Below are positions 1 to 12,399 of a DNA stretch of 60,063 nucleotides, one piece after another (positions within the stretch are counted from its first letter, which is position 1; each line of letters starts with the position of its first letter). The DNA lies in assembly GCA_013115145.1 (NCBI GenBank), contig JAAPAO010000157.1, positions 1-60,063 of the forward strand. The letters run 5' to 3'. Origin of the DNA: Perkinsus chesapeaki ATCC PRA-425. Taxonomy: Eukaryota; Protista; Perkinsozoa. A program made the position numbers and the translations under genes. Under the pieces are notes generated by a model, which was not told where the DNA came from, made no database searches, and was given only the letters and a program-made list of their open reading frames with translations.

Positions 1-226
1 AGTGCCGGGGATCTTGGAGGGCCGCCCGGCTATCGCCGGGTAGCGCCGGGTAGGGCACCGGGCCGCCCGGCGGGGCCGTTGCCGGGTGGGTTGCGGCGCC
101 TCTGGATAACATCGTCTCGTTAATAAAGCGTTGTTTGAGTTTGTAACAAAAAGATGTATCTTGTCCCAGCTTGAGAGTATCACTTGGTGCTACTCAGTTG
201 GTGCAGGATGATGCCCCGTTGGTATG

Positions 227-1032
227 GAGTTTTTCGTCCAACGCCAAAAAAGGCTTAGACTATCCATTCTGTGTGCAAACTCCGACAGAGTTCAATACCT
301 ATTCTGTTATTGATACTGCAGGGTTCACCAAATGGAAATGTAATCAGAGCCTACCCCTCCTAACAGAACTCATTTACGCAACCAAGTGCCCGTGTACAAC
401 CACCAAAGTAAAATGGGCCAATGTGCTATGGTAGCCATTAAGCCATTGTCAATGGCTGCCTTGTCGGAGCTTCAGCTTGAGGTGTATGATGTCCATTGGT
501 TATAAATGTTATTCTTGTTCTGTCTGCTCGCCTATCGCACAAGCGGCAGGGGGTTGATACTCCACCGTGCAGTAATACTCCACTTCAAGTTGAAGTGGAT
601 TGATTGACCAGTCGGTTTGAGGAGGCATTGAAGACTTCAACACTTCCTCAAACCGACTGGTCAATCAATCCACCTTAGGATCAGCTTCCGACCGTCTCAC
701 TGTGAGACTCTCACAAGAGTAAATCATCTTTTCTAGAGAAACCACCGCTATTCTAAAAAGATTTCTCGCTCAGGCTCTTTTCCTCTTCAACCGCTGTGAC
801 TTCGGGTTTTGGGTTAACCTGTATAACGCGTATAACACTTCACCCATGACGGTTTGATGACTAGTAGTACTGAGAAGAAAGCACCTCCTTTCTCACAGAA
901 GATGTAAGAGAGTTATAACAACTACTACAACAACGTTAAAATAAAAAACAGTATGGGCATTAAACTCTCCGGGCAGTTGCACATAGAATGGATAGTCTAA
1001 CTAAGCCATTTTTGGCGTTGGAATATAAACTC
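227..1032. repeat. Imperfect ~66-70 bp inverted repeat pair (227-292 / 963-1032); possible MITE or foldback element
   Basis: Reverse complement of 227-292 (aactctgtcggagtttgcacacagaatggatagtctaagccttttttggcgttggacgaaaaactc) aligns to 963-1032 (aactctccgggcagttgcacatagaatggatagtctaactaagccatttttggcgttggaatataaactc). No clear target-site duplication. Confidence 0.75.
595..673. repeat. 79-bp hairpin with perfect 29-bp arms
   Basis: gtggattgattgaccagtcggtttgagga ... tcctcaaaccgactggtcaatcaatccac; the loop contains an inner ttgaag-a-cttcaa stem. Confidence 0.95.
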
Positions 1033-4000
1033 ACACACACGTTATAACTTACATCAATGATTAATAGCGAGGCTACTAGCGTGACGCTAAAATATGGAGC
1101 TCACCCCACAATGGAGTTTCATCCATGTTGTGAAAACCACTAGTGTAAAACACTCAACGCATGACTCGAGAGGAGAGGGCGTCTCGCAGAGCGAAGTCCG
1201 AATCGAAGGCAAATGCCAGAGCCAACGCAGTTCCTGCAACCAAGGCACGAAAGATGAAGGAATGCTGACTCAGAATATGACCGACATGGTGGTATACACT
1301 AGCACTCTCGAGTTTGTGCGCAGTGTTGTACTTGGGAGTATTAGGAACATTTCACTTGAGGCGGTGTGAATGAACCCTACCAGATAGTCTTACTGAATGT
1401 TCTCATGAATGAAGGCGAAAAATAGTCACCATCTTCCGATTTCATCGGAACTTAAGAAATGCGAAATACAAGTGACCCAGATAAGGAATACTTCGAGTCC
1501 TATACCGAATTCCTCCTCAATGCGCGATTCAGAATTTCCGAATCTGGCGCCACTCGGTAGAAACTACCTTTGTTTTTATACTACGACAAAAGCATCAGAA
1601 TGATTACATTTTACAAACTGCCCTTTCATCGATGCATCACATTTGCTTCCCTTAACACTGCGCCTGTAATACGAGGGGCTATGCATCCTGGACATTCTGG
1701 ATCCTAAGTTAGGATTCTTAATCTTCCAGATGGAACCAATGAAAACCAAAGACCGCCCCATACTCTGGAGGAAGCTTTGTCTTCAATATAGAAGTATGCG
1801 GTAGCGGAATGCGTCCTGTAACTAGACTAATCGAACAAGTTCCTTCAAACAAGTACATCTATTTGTGTCACTCTCTCAGGGTGTCGATACGAGGATCGAA
1901 ATCAATGCTTGTAGGTCGTCAACCGGTCATCGATACTGACAAGCAAAGCTTGAGTATTTCCTATTTGGGAAGTAACTTTGGTGCTCTTCCACCCCTTGGC
2001 ATGGCGCGTTCTTTCTTGCTCAATGCTGCTCAAGTACCGGACGATATCTTTGCTTGTCACATCAACCGAACACAAGAAGCGATCAAACGAAGCTCTCGGT
2101 GACAACATGGTCATGTTGTGGATCGCGATAATCCGCTCATGAGTTCTTCAGCATCATTCGATATGTTCTCCAACTCAACCAATTGACGGACTGCCTCCGT
2201 CGTATTTAGTAAGAGAGGAATATCACACCCACGGTCGCTGGTCACGATACCTGAAATACCACACTAAAGTGCACAACAGGCTTTCGACTGAAGGTGACAA
2301 CTAGTGTCATCGGTGGAATCACGAAAGCCAGCCTCTCTAGCTTGTTCCAAAACGGCGGTACCTGTCAGACAGCAACAGGCTCACACCTTTTTGTTCGATT
2401 TCGAGCATTGGTACTCTCCTTCACTCTCTTCAACAGAAGCGCCGCCTTCTCACGGGTTTTTTCAAACTGAGGTTTGGTTGTCATTCCCAGGGTTCTGGAA
2501 TCATCTATAAGGGTTGACACATCGATCAATGGTATCTCCTCAGTATCTGCTACCGCCTAGGGCGTGAAGTGATCTCCTTGGCCTCACCAGAACCATATAA
2601 TTCTTCTGCGGTATCGCCGGATAGATTCCTTAATCGATCTTGGCTTAGCTCCGCCAAGATTTTGTCAGTCCTTTTAAGCAGGTCGTTTATCTCTTGAGAT
2701 GAGTCTTGTGTGGTATTCGCTGCGACGGCGCCATCTAACTCCGCTGTAACCGATTCTGCTATATGAGAGTTCTACACAGTACTTGCATAGTGAACCTCAC
2801 CGGGGAAGGCTGATTCTGTTGTGCTATTCAGGAGCTCGTTGGCTGGATACCGCCGGACTTCCTGTAGCGTGTGTATGGTATTCACTGGCGAGGAGGCACT
2901 TGGTTTGGTCATGTGTGAAATTATAAACATAATGTGGCGTAGTGAGTTCGGTGGCTACCCTCCGAGATTGTATAACTTGACTGTTTGAATGCGCTTTGCG
3001 ATAAAATGGGAGTCAGTTGAGGAGAGACAGAGTCTCCTTATGACTGCTCTTTACATATAAATGCTGTACATGTCGCTTGACACCGCAGCCCCCCGGTCGC
3101 TTTAGGTATGCCGGTCCGTAATTGATCCCTTAGTGACGGTACTGGATGACACAAGAAAAGGGACAGCTAGAGTACACTTGGTAGATGTAGCACAGCCGAG
3201 CAATGTCATGCAAATGACGTGATGCCAGCTCATCACTTCTCTTTCTCCATAGCTGAGAAGATGACAGAGTGGTGCGATGCTTCCATCAAAGGCAACGGCC
3301 AGCAACAGTCATAATCAGCACTGTCAAATGGCCTACGACTGCGAGGAGAACCTACTAACCTGGAGACTTTCCACTACCTTAGGCGAATAACGGATAAAAT
3401 ATTTCCCGGCCAATTTCTTGATGAAATTTCGACGGTGACGTGATTTAATGGTATAATAATACATACTTTAAGTACAAGGTCGAATTATTCGACCTATACA
3501 GTCTGCACACCTATGCGTATTATACAAACTGTAAACGCTTTACGGGTTCGTGGGAAAATGTGTACGTGGGTGGATACATCTATAGTCGAACTAGAGTAAA
3601 ATTTGAGGAAAATGGGGAAAATAACCAGCCAGAAGCGCGCTTTTTGGCCATAAGTCCCGTATAAAATGAGGAGGAAAACCAGTTCACAAGTCATACCCAT
3701 CGGTTGAGGAAGCCGAACAGATATTTCCACTGGTCGAATACTTACTAAATATAGGCTTCTGAGCATAAGGGTTGGATCCCAATGTAGCTTCGTATTGATG
3801 AGCAAATCTGATGGAAGCAGTCTCGGCGGTTAGTCGTTATATATGCTCCTCCACCTGACAAGGTCGCACGAGGCTCTTGGTTTACTCCACTTTAAAGGAG
3901 CTCTTCTTGATATCGATGGCCCGCCATTGTAATTAATACACATACCAACAATCTGTAGAAGGTATTTATGAATACTGTAAATAAGTTGCTAACCTCAGAC

Positions 4001-5102
4001 GACTTCTCTCCGAGATTCAGGGGAGCTCCACTTCGATCCAAGCGGGGTGCCTGATTAAGTTGTCCATGTACAGCGGCAAGGCCCAAGTTAGACCCACAAG
4101 AGTTTTGGGGCATGTTCAATACCTCTAGATTATCTACATTATTATCCGTCTGTGCCTCTTTATGCATGTTAATTAATCTCTTTACTGCATCTTTAACCGA
4201 GGGCCATGATCGCGATTCTGTTTTGATTATCTGAATGATACCTCGACTGTCAATCACATCAGCCCGTGAAAGAAGGTTCAGATTTTCCCTCGGCTCAGCA
4301 AGGCAATCTCTAACCGGTAAAGTCTCTTCCTTCAAGGCTACGGCCGAAGGTCCCAACGCGAACACTTAACGGTCCTAGGGTGCATATACATTCGCACCGT
4401 GTAGCGAAGGATACGGTATGGCTCGTAAGACACCGCGGCGGTAGTCAAGAATCTGTTTAACAACTCACATCATTGATAATGCAGTTTTGTTCGACTGGTG
4501 TTGCCGTCTTCGGCACGTACATCGTTTGAGGCATGGTGGATAGAAAACAAAACAGCTTTTCAGAATCGATTTTATGAACATGATTTTTCAAAATCGTTTC
4601 CAGAATCGATTCTCAGTTCCAAAATTGGTTTATTGAACGAGCGGTCTATTTCTCGGATGGTCAAACGACAATGTGTACTGTACCATACCATTAACCTTGT
4701 AAAGGCGCTTAAAGCCTGGAAGATCATGTGCGGCGGTGATACTAGAGCTTCGAAGTTCTAGGGAGTCTCGTATGGGTAATGGATGAAACGTTGAGGCGCC
4801 TGAGAGCCGCCAAAAGGGTTGAGGATCATCCCATCTCCGGTCACCTCAACAGGGGCATATTTCACAGTCGTCCTTCAAGCTTAGAACCTTTGAACGACCT
4901 TACCTAATAACTAAGGTTATTCTGCAAGATGGTTTAAATGTGCCCTAATTAGGATATTTCTGAAATAGACCCCAGCACTATCTGCATCGGCAAAAAATAC
5001 CAGAAAAATACTGCAGCCGGGGATCGAACCTGTCAAATGCACGCGATCATTTTCATCTGAACTGATTTTGTATCTTGCAAGGTTGAACCTAAGATTCTCT
5101 GC

Positions 5103-8100
5103 ATGGAAAGCGGTGTCCGGCTGTTATTATATCTATTATTTATTCCGCTAAGTATCGGAGATATAATTCGTGTTGATGCCACAAGTGATGCACCTTTATT
5201 GGAACTACCTCCATTTGGTTTAGGACCAAGTGGAAGGATAATGGCTGATCTAACTATTGGTAGTAATAATGAAATATATAAAGAGGAATTAATATACATT
5301 AATATATCTTATAAAGGGATTGTTAATATACTTTATAAATGGGTTATTAATATACTTTATAAAGGGATTGTTAATATACTTTATAAAGGGGTTATTAATA
5401 TACTTTATAAAGGGATTATTAATATATTTCATTAAGGGATTATTAATATATTTTATGAAGGGATTATAACTCGTCACTTTCTTTAATATCCGCAATTTGG
5501 CATTCCTAAACTCCAGGGCCGCCCGTATTCTGGCACAAAGTTGATGTTGGTTACCACGTTCGATTTTTTCCAAGCGACAAATTTAGATCGCTGGCAGTCC
5601 TTCGGATGCCAATGAATGTGAATAGGCAAGCGCGAATGCGGGCCTTGGAATACGTTGTACTGATATTTTAATAATAATTTCGTTATAATACGAAGGTTAG
5701 TATTGAAGAAGACGTTTTTACGCAAACCAACTCAGTAGCTGTTGGTTATGAAAGTTTAACTCAGGTAATGATACCGCTCCTTCCCCTGGAAGATGGATAT
5801 TAGTACTGTCTTTGGAACAATTCGAATTATGGGCACAATCGATCCAAAAGGAGGAGTTGATGCCAGGAGCACGCGGGGTTATTAATACTAATAGACCGGC
5901 AACATATAGAAAGGTAGTAAAAAAGGAATTACAAAAATCTAAGCGTTTCGGAAGTATTGGTAACAAAATGTCATTCGGCTCTTACTACACTGTTGACCGG
6001 ATTTATTTCGATTCCATCGATCGGGTCGTCGGTGGGATTCTTGTTTGTAAGTATTGTAAGGAGCTTTTGGAAATTCGTCAGGATATTTGGGGTGGTAATA
6101 TTAGTTATCATTTTGTGAAATAGATTACTATTCTTGATTGAATGATGGATAACCATGTCGGTAGTACCTATTCGGCCAATTGCATTGGTTAGTATTATTT
6201 CATTTATATTTTTACGGCAGTGTCGGTATGCTGTACTAAAGTATATAGAGTATTCTTGGTCGTTTCATTGTTTGGTATGAACCCTCCTTTTGGGCTGATG
6301 TTCCTGTGAGAGAAATTCGAGCCGTATTTTGATCAGAAAATTTATGTTAAAGAAGTTTCTCAGGAATTCTGCTGTGCCGGAGATCGCATTCAGTTCGACA
6401 TCTCTGTACGCGCTGACCGGCCAGATAAGTAGGTATCTTAGGTTGAAGCGTGCATTTTGCCGAAAATGTCAGATATATTATGTTCATAGCGAATCCTCAG
6501 CAGCCCGGGAATTCCTCTTCGGCTCGGTTGGTCCGATCGATTTTTGGAGAATCTTCCCGGGAAGCGGGTCGACCGTCTGCGGAACAAATTGGATTTATAG
6601 AATCACCGTTATTAGTCGACAACCCACCAATGAGCCCCGAAGCGTATTTGAGGGGAGATGAGGATGAGGGTAGTAGTAGGGCGGTGATGGTTGCGACCAG
6701 TGTCGGTGGCCTTCCTTAATTGAGAATACGACGCTTGGATGGTCTTCAATGTTACCTTTTTACGGTGTAAAAAACGACCGAAATTTCGGGTAAAATCTTG
6801 AATGTTTACTTTCCCACATACGTTTATGCTAGCACTCGATAGAAAGTGCAATGCTCCGATGTTAGTCTTCAATGTTAGTAATATGAATATAAAAATTTTC
6901 GATATATTCACATAAGGGTTTGCCCAACAACGGCCGTGTGACACAGTGGTTTATTATATTGTAGTATTCTACGATATAATAAACACGAGATGCATTTTAA
7001 CAGTGGGAGTAGGAGGGGCATAAGAAGGGGGCAGCAGGTGCAGGAGGATTTGTGTTCCCGTTTACTCCAGAGATATATTTCATTGAAGGGCTGCACAGTC
7101 CCTATTATATCTTTGCAATACAAATAGTTTCTTGCTCTCGAGGAGATCGTTTCCGTGGGGCTGGATGACGCTTTGGGTAGAGGGCGTGAGTTCGAATCTC
7201 GGTGAAGGAAACTTTTATGGACGGCACTTGTATTTGAAGGGTCTTGTAGAAGGTAAAGATGTGTGTTATAGTAATTGGGTATTGCATTATGATAATGATG
7301 CTGGTATCTTTTTATTGTGTGATATGCACGGTTTGACGTAAGATACCCTCAACAGCAGCGGGCTATTCGACCAGCCGAGATTACAAATGATTGGTTCTGT
7401 CCGTTTTGAGCAAGCTGATGGTCGGCAACTAGAGTAGGCATGTTTGTTACAAGCGCGCTCACTTGATCGATTTGCGCAGTTACCAATTACTGCCATTGTC
7501 GTCATGCATTTTGGGATTGGCAACCGCGGTGATTGCATCTGCTGTGATATATTATGGGTTTATGGCGAGTGCGTGGCGAAGGTAGTATCATTGGAAATCG
7601 ATCAGGTGATCGATTTTGGATTCAGGTATTATACGTTGTTACATGTATTTCATTTATCGGTGCTGCTGTGGATGTGCCTGTACTTTAGCCTATGGTAAGT
7701 TGCGGATTCAACTTCCGGGGTTGTGCAGGAAAATGTGTAAAATTCGGTCGCGAAGTTGTATTTTTGTAAGGTATCATCTTTAAAAAAATATTTTCTGCTT
7801 TTTATATTTTTGGTTGCCTCGATTTGTTTTCTGCGTGTCAGGTATCGATCGCTTAGAGAACAGGATGTAACCGGTGATCCAAATACTATAACAGCACGAT
7901 GGCTGCCACAACTTGCTCAGAAAATATATGATATATTAGAATTAATGATGTAATAATATTACTATTGCTTGATGCTTGAGATGTCGCTCCATTCATTATT
8001 ATAATTATCGGAGCGACATCTCATTAGGGTAATGAGGAAGCTTTCAGCAGTGCGTGAAAAATTTCACATTCCGTTGATATCTCAGCTTTTAGTTTTGCTT

Positions 8101-10718
8101 TGTTTCATTTTCCCTCCCGCATGTGCGAATGGCTGAGTCAGCCGGGCTCGGAAGTATTCTGACTACGAGATTCTTGAGGCGAGCTCTGTATGTGTAGAAC
8201 TGTTGGATCTCATCAAGTTGTCAATGCTGTTGAAAGGACACAGGTCCGATAACAGCTTGCTGAAGGGGCTTGTACAACACTCACGAATTGTAAGTGTTGT
8301 TACAGTTTACACTCAATGTAAGGCCCCATTTGCCTGGCAAGGCCATTGCCAGAAATCTGGCTTTCCAACTGCGTGAAGCTGGTTTGGTATTAATCCATTC
8401 CGTGTGGGTCGTGGCGTCGTGGCGAGCGAACTTCAGCAAGTTCCGCTTCACTAGCGATGCTTCAGCTCAATAAGTAGTGCAGAGCTCGCCGGCGGCGACT
8501 CACCGCTATTATGCTAGCGGGCCAAGCTTTTGCGGCGCTCTTCAGTAAAGCAAATTTGATATCTCGCGCAGCTCTAGCCACTTTGTTGGCACGTTCTGCG
8601 ACGTGAGCTACGGTCTCAGCGGGACCGTTCGCGCCAAGTTTGTGCGCAAAGTGTGTAAACCGAAGCTTCAGGAAAGAAGGTTAGTCCGGATAAGAGCTTG
8701 TTGAACAAGAGTCCATGAGATTATGGGCGGTGCCATGCTACCGCATCTTTCAGCGTCATACAGATCAGTACTCAATGCGGCTGACGGATTCTACATCTTC
8801 GGGAAAACAAGTGGCGACTTCACTCTTACTGCGAACGCAATAACGAGAGCATCATGGCATATTGACGGCTCACTGCTACGACAAAGCTCGGCGTCATTGC
8901 ATGGCTATCGAGCTTCGCGTAGCAGTCCCGCCCGCTCCGGGACACTTCTTTTCCCGGGCCCGACTCTGATTTCCGAGTGCAAGTTGACAGTCGATCATGA
9001 ACTATTGATAATCGATCCTAATTTAGCAGTGCTTAAGCCGTCTAGTTTCAGTTTACCTTGATCGGTGGGCCAGTCTGCTTGCAAGTTGCACATATGAGCG
9101 CTCTGCGAATATTGCATTGATTAGTGGAATGCGATTCGTATGCCGCATGATGCGAATGGACATTTCCTGATCCCTGGAAGTTGCGATGTGTATCTACTAG
9201 ACTTAGAAAATCGAATGTCCAATGGAAACTCGAGGGAAATTTTCTCCCTCGATCTTAATTGGAAGGTTTGTCGGATTTGAATCCTGGCTGTGAATTGTAA
9301 AATACACCAGGCTTTGCTCAGCATCAAATCTCGTTGACTTCCAGGTATCTGTTGACGGCTCTCGGTTGGCAGAGTTCTCGGCCGAGACTGAACAGGACAG
9401 AAATCCGTTTCGCAGGAGTCATATCGATAGTATCAATGTAATTGGTATCTCAGCTCGAAGACGGTAAGATACGGAAGAGGTCAGGTACCTTGGATTTTTT
9501 GAGATCACTTGTACTTCCGAGCAAGTCTGCGCTGGTTATCGATTATCGAGGTTGATTCTGCATTCCCTCGCATATCTTTGTATAATTGTTGCGGTCAACT
9601 TCCATCTTGCGGTAGTTAACAATCAGGTAGGGCAATGAGTTCGTAATAAGCGCGCGCCCAGATGATCGATTTCAGGTTCGAGAAGCAGGAGTGAGTTTGG
9701 AGACTGGACGACTGTATCAACGGTTTTATGCTTATTCATACTTCCGGATAGCATTTCTGCTCTTTATAGTAAGAAGCGTCACGCGCCGGGAAATTATCTA
9801 CTCTGTTTCTCGATAAAATTTGAACAGAAGGTTTTTAAGACGAAAAAACATTTCCCATGAAAGCTTGATTTTCCGAAGTGCTCCAGAATCATTTTTTCTT
9901 TCAGATCCAACCAACTGCAATGTTATTTATTCAAATGTCGGTATTCAGTTGGTATGAGGAATGGGCAGTGACACTAATTTATTGGACGGTGAAATGGTTG
10001 TTATTATTAGCAGTAGCGTGGAGTTTCAGACCAAGACCAAGTAAGCAGCCTTAGCGGAGCGAAGCGATGATTGTTTTATGATTTTATCAACATTTTCTAT
10101 GAATTTTCAAGAAGAATACAACTTGTATAATGAAGATTTTCCACAATTCCCGGTGAGAAAAAATTGCCAGACATAAACTCAAATGATGCAGCGGAGTGAA
10201 GCATTCTTCGTTTTGCGTTTTGACATCCTCTACGCCTTATTACGATCACTGAACACCAGTTAGGGGATATTATCAGCTCATCAATTCAGTTGGTCAAACA
10301 TTATCGATAAACCTTTTGCGCTTCTTTTCCATTTTGGGACTTCGAAAACTACCCTTGCATCATTTTTTCAGAGAATCTGAAATTGTTCAACATCGCGGTC
10401 GCAGACCAGCGTGCTGAGTTTGAAAATGATGACACTAGAAGAGATGGACAGACTAGGGAAGGTAGCATGGAAAATTTTGGGAAAAACTGAAAAATTCTGG
10501 AGAAACGGAGAAGTTTTGGAAATCTACGGGAGACTTTTTTGAGGGGGGTATACTGGAATTTTTATTGTGTATTTTTTGGAAGCTTTCCAAACGGGAAATG
10601 TGACATTTGGTTACATAAACTGAAGATTGTTTCCCGTGAAAACAGAAAAATTCTGGAAATTTTTTTCCGAAAATTTCGAGGAAAAATTTCCCTTTCAGGT
10701 TCAACAACTCCTATGTGA
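5103..10718 (+). CDS. Multi-exon GOST / lung seven-transmembrane receptor family protein (GPR107/GPR108/TMEM87-like)
   Basis: Signal peptide MESGVRLLLYLLFIPLSIG followed by 'PPFGLGPSGRIMADL'. Spliced TM exons read: HLIDLRSYQLLPLSSCILGLATAVIASAVIYYG, YYTLLHVFHLSVLLWMCLYFSLW, YRSLREQDVTG...LELM|MYLLTALGWQSSRPRL (9345-9437), YLGFFEITC...SRLILHSLAYLCIIVAVNFHL (9485-9626), VREAGVSLETGRLYQRFYAYSYFR (9676-9768), and WLLLLAVAWSFRP (9905-10040; family-typical FRP after the last TM). N-terminal and last exons are approximate. Confidence 0.75.
5299..5468. repeat. 24-bp AT-rich minisatellite, ~7 copies, in the first intron of the 7TM gene
   Basis: Unit ~ttaatatactttataaagggattg; it produces the repetitive tails of ORFs 5103-5435 and 5289-5573. 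Confidence 0.95.
8100..9330 (-). mobile_element. Degenerate non-LTR retrotransposon-like relic inside the 1.4-kb intron 7950-9344
   Basis: The - strand reads HVAERANKVARAARDIKFALLKSAAKAWP, resembling the post-RT 'H...KA....l.....W' segment of LINEs. Many stops. Confidence 0.35.
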
Positions 10719-10819
10719 ACGTATTAAGTGTGTACATTTCTCTGCTCCATAATGTCGTGTTTTTTAATTATATTCTTTGTTGCATCGCTCCGCTAAGCAG
10801 TTTGGATTTTTATGTTGGT

Positions 10820-12360
10820 ATGGCGGTAGCTGTTGGAGCCTCGCCTTTCATTGGTGGAGAGTTTCTGAGAGAAGTGGGAACTATTCAGATGGGTGAAGAA
10901 TGTCAAGAAGTAAAAAAGGCGGAGCGAAGTTTTTTAGAGTTATTTGGTTTGGATCATTAGCTTAATTTTGATCGATTCGGACCAAATAATTTGGTCTTTC
11001 TGGCTTGGAAAATTTTCTCAGTTTTCACGTTATTTTTCGTTCCTAGGAGGCCTTGGAGATTTCTGGAAGTTTCGCACTGTGAAGATTTTTTGTAGGGACC
11101 ATTTTATAATGTGGATAATCGAACGAGGAAGGCAATGCTTAGGAGTTTGGCTGTCCTCCAAAAAGTCCGCGCCGATAACAGTGAGCTTCGCTCCGCTAAG
11201 GAAATGAAGCATGTTTGGCGGTTTTATGATCAGGTCTACATAAGGTGGCTGATAGACTTTATTTGAGCTCTTTGAGCGGAGCGATGAATTTGGAGGAGTT
11301 GAGGCGTCATGGAATCACCCACATATTGTGTGTGGCGAGCGGCATAAGGTAATAGAATGGAGGGAGGTTTTATGCAGTTTCTGTTATATAATATAATAAT
11401 AATTTATAATATATAAAGCTAATTATTATATATATATATATATATTACGTACCATACTGTACGAAAATATATTACCAATATTGGTCAATAGAAGAACATT
11501 GCCAACTGATTGAGTATTTGGCAAACGTTACAACATAATCGTCAGTTTTCTACTATCGATTTTAAGATGGGAAATAAAGAAGTGATTATCTTTTCATGAA
11601 TGCAGTTTCTGTACACTTTACAGCTGGGACGAACAATGACTTATTAATAATAGCTTTGTTGCTCCGTTGCGCTCCTCGGCGATCAAGAAGTGATTCCCGA
11701 GTTGCTGTGCTGAGTTGATACGATTGCCTAGCATCTTATGTTACCGGTAGAGTTTATGGCACTATCGTCGGCAATATCCTCTTGGATGGTCTCGGGTTCG
11801 AATCCTGGTTGGTGCATTTTAGACCGCTTTATTCTGGCTACTTTAAGTATAAGTGTGCCGATGTTCTCGATTCGGAGTCCCAAAGTCTTCTTGATGTAAG
11901 TCTGAGGGAGGGGGAGCAAGTTGACCTATTTTGAATCTTTTGCAAGATACTGCCGTCGTGTTTGGCATGGATGATTGCTGCGCATCGCGAAGATTCTAAA
12001 AATGTTATTCTGGTCCATTGTTTTGCTGGAAGGTAATTATGCGTCGCGTGACTTTTGGAAATCCAATTACAAAAATTGGTTTTTGGTTGTTGTAAAATTC
12101 TTGCGCGCCACTTAATTGTTATTTCAGGTCACGGTCTGTCGGAGTGCTTCTTGGGTATTTCATGTTTGTGATGAAGATACCTTTGAGATTGGCATTCACT
12201 CATGTAGGGGATGAAATCGATTACGCGATCGATTTGGATATTTTAGCTCCGTCGGTTGAGACCCCAGTCCAATCCTAACAGTGGCTTTATGCGGCAGTTG
12301 GCTGCATTCGAGAAGGAAGTGATGTCGATTAATGAGGAAATGATTCGTGTAACATTGTAG
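10820..12360 (+). CDS. Multi-exon dual-specificity protein phosphatase
   Basis: Exons read GLHKVADRLYLSSLSGAMNLEELRRHGITHILCVA; YKCADVLDSESQSLLD; ILVHCFAG|RSRSVGVLLGYFM (CX5R motif HCFAGRSRS split by intron 12033-12127); LRRLRPQSNPNSGFMRQLAAFE. The 3' end may extend further. Confidence 0.9.
11385..11446. repeat. (TA)n / AT-only low-complexity tract in a phosphatase intron
   Basis: ttatataatataataataatttataatatataaagctaattattatatatatatatatatatta. Confidence 0.85.
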
Positions 12361-12399
12361 AACCCGGAATGTTATTTAATACTACAATCAAAGGCCAGA

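Larger units (their letters stand above)
100..4900. other. Gene-poor, probably transposon-derived degenerate region
   Basis: Only short, interrupted ORFs and no coherent exon chain. Weak retroelement-like fragments, e.g. 'SYYRR..KCDAS' on - at 1576-1761 and a gag-like 157-aa ORF on - at 3892-4365. Confidence 0.3.

Noticed and set aside
1003-1017. agccatttttggc resembling the dinoflagellate/Perkinsus spliced leader (CCGTAGCCATTTTGGCTCAAG)
   Set aside because: Only ~11 nt match with an extra T, lacks CCGT and TCAAG, and is part of the inverted repeat.
3477-3495. Short palindromes (3477-3495, 35493-35511, 56122-56144)
   Set aside because: Arms of 8-9 bp are near what chance gives in 60 kb, and there is no shared sequence or context.
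7132-7341. 69-aa ORF as an exon of the 7TM gene
   Set aside because: It overlaps a tRNA-like relic, does not resemble the family, and is not needed to join the flanking exons.
11759-11816. Possible functional tRNA-Gly
   Set aside because: Only 58 nt between the putative acceptor strands, with no proper D or anticodon arm; kept only as a relic.
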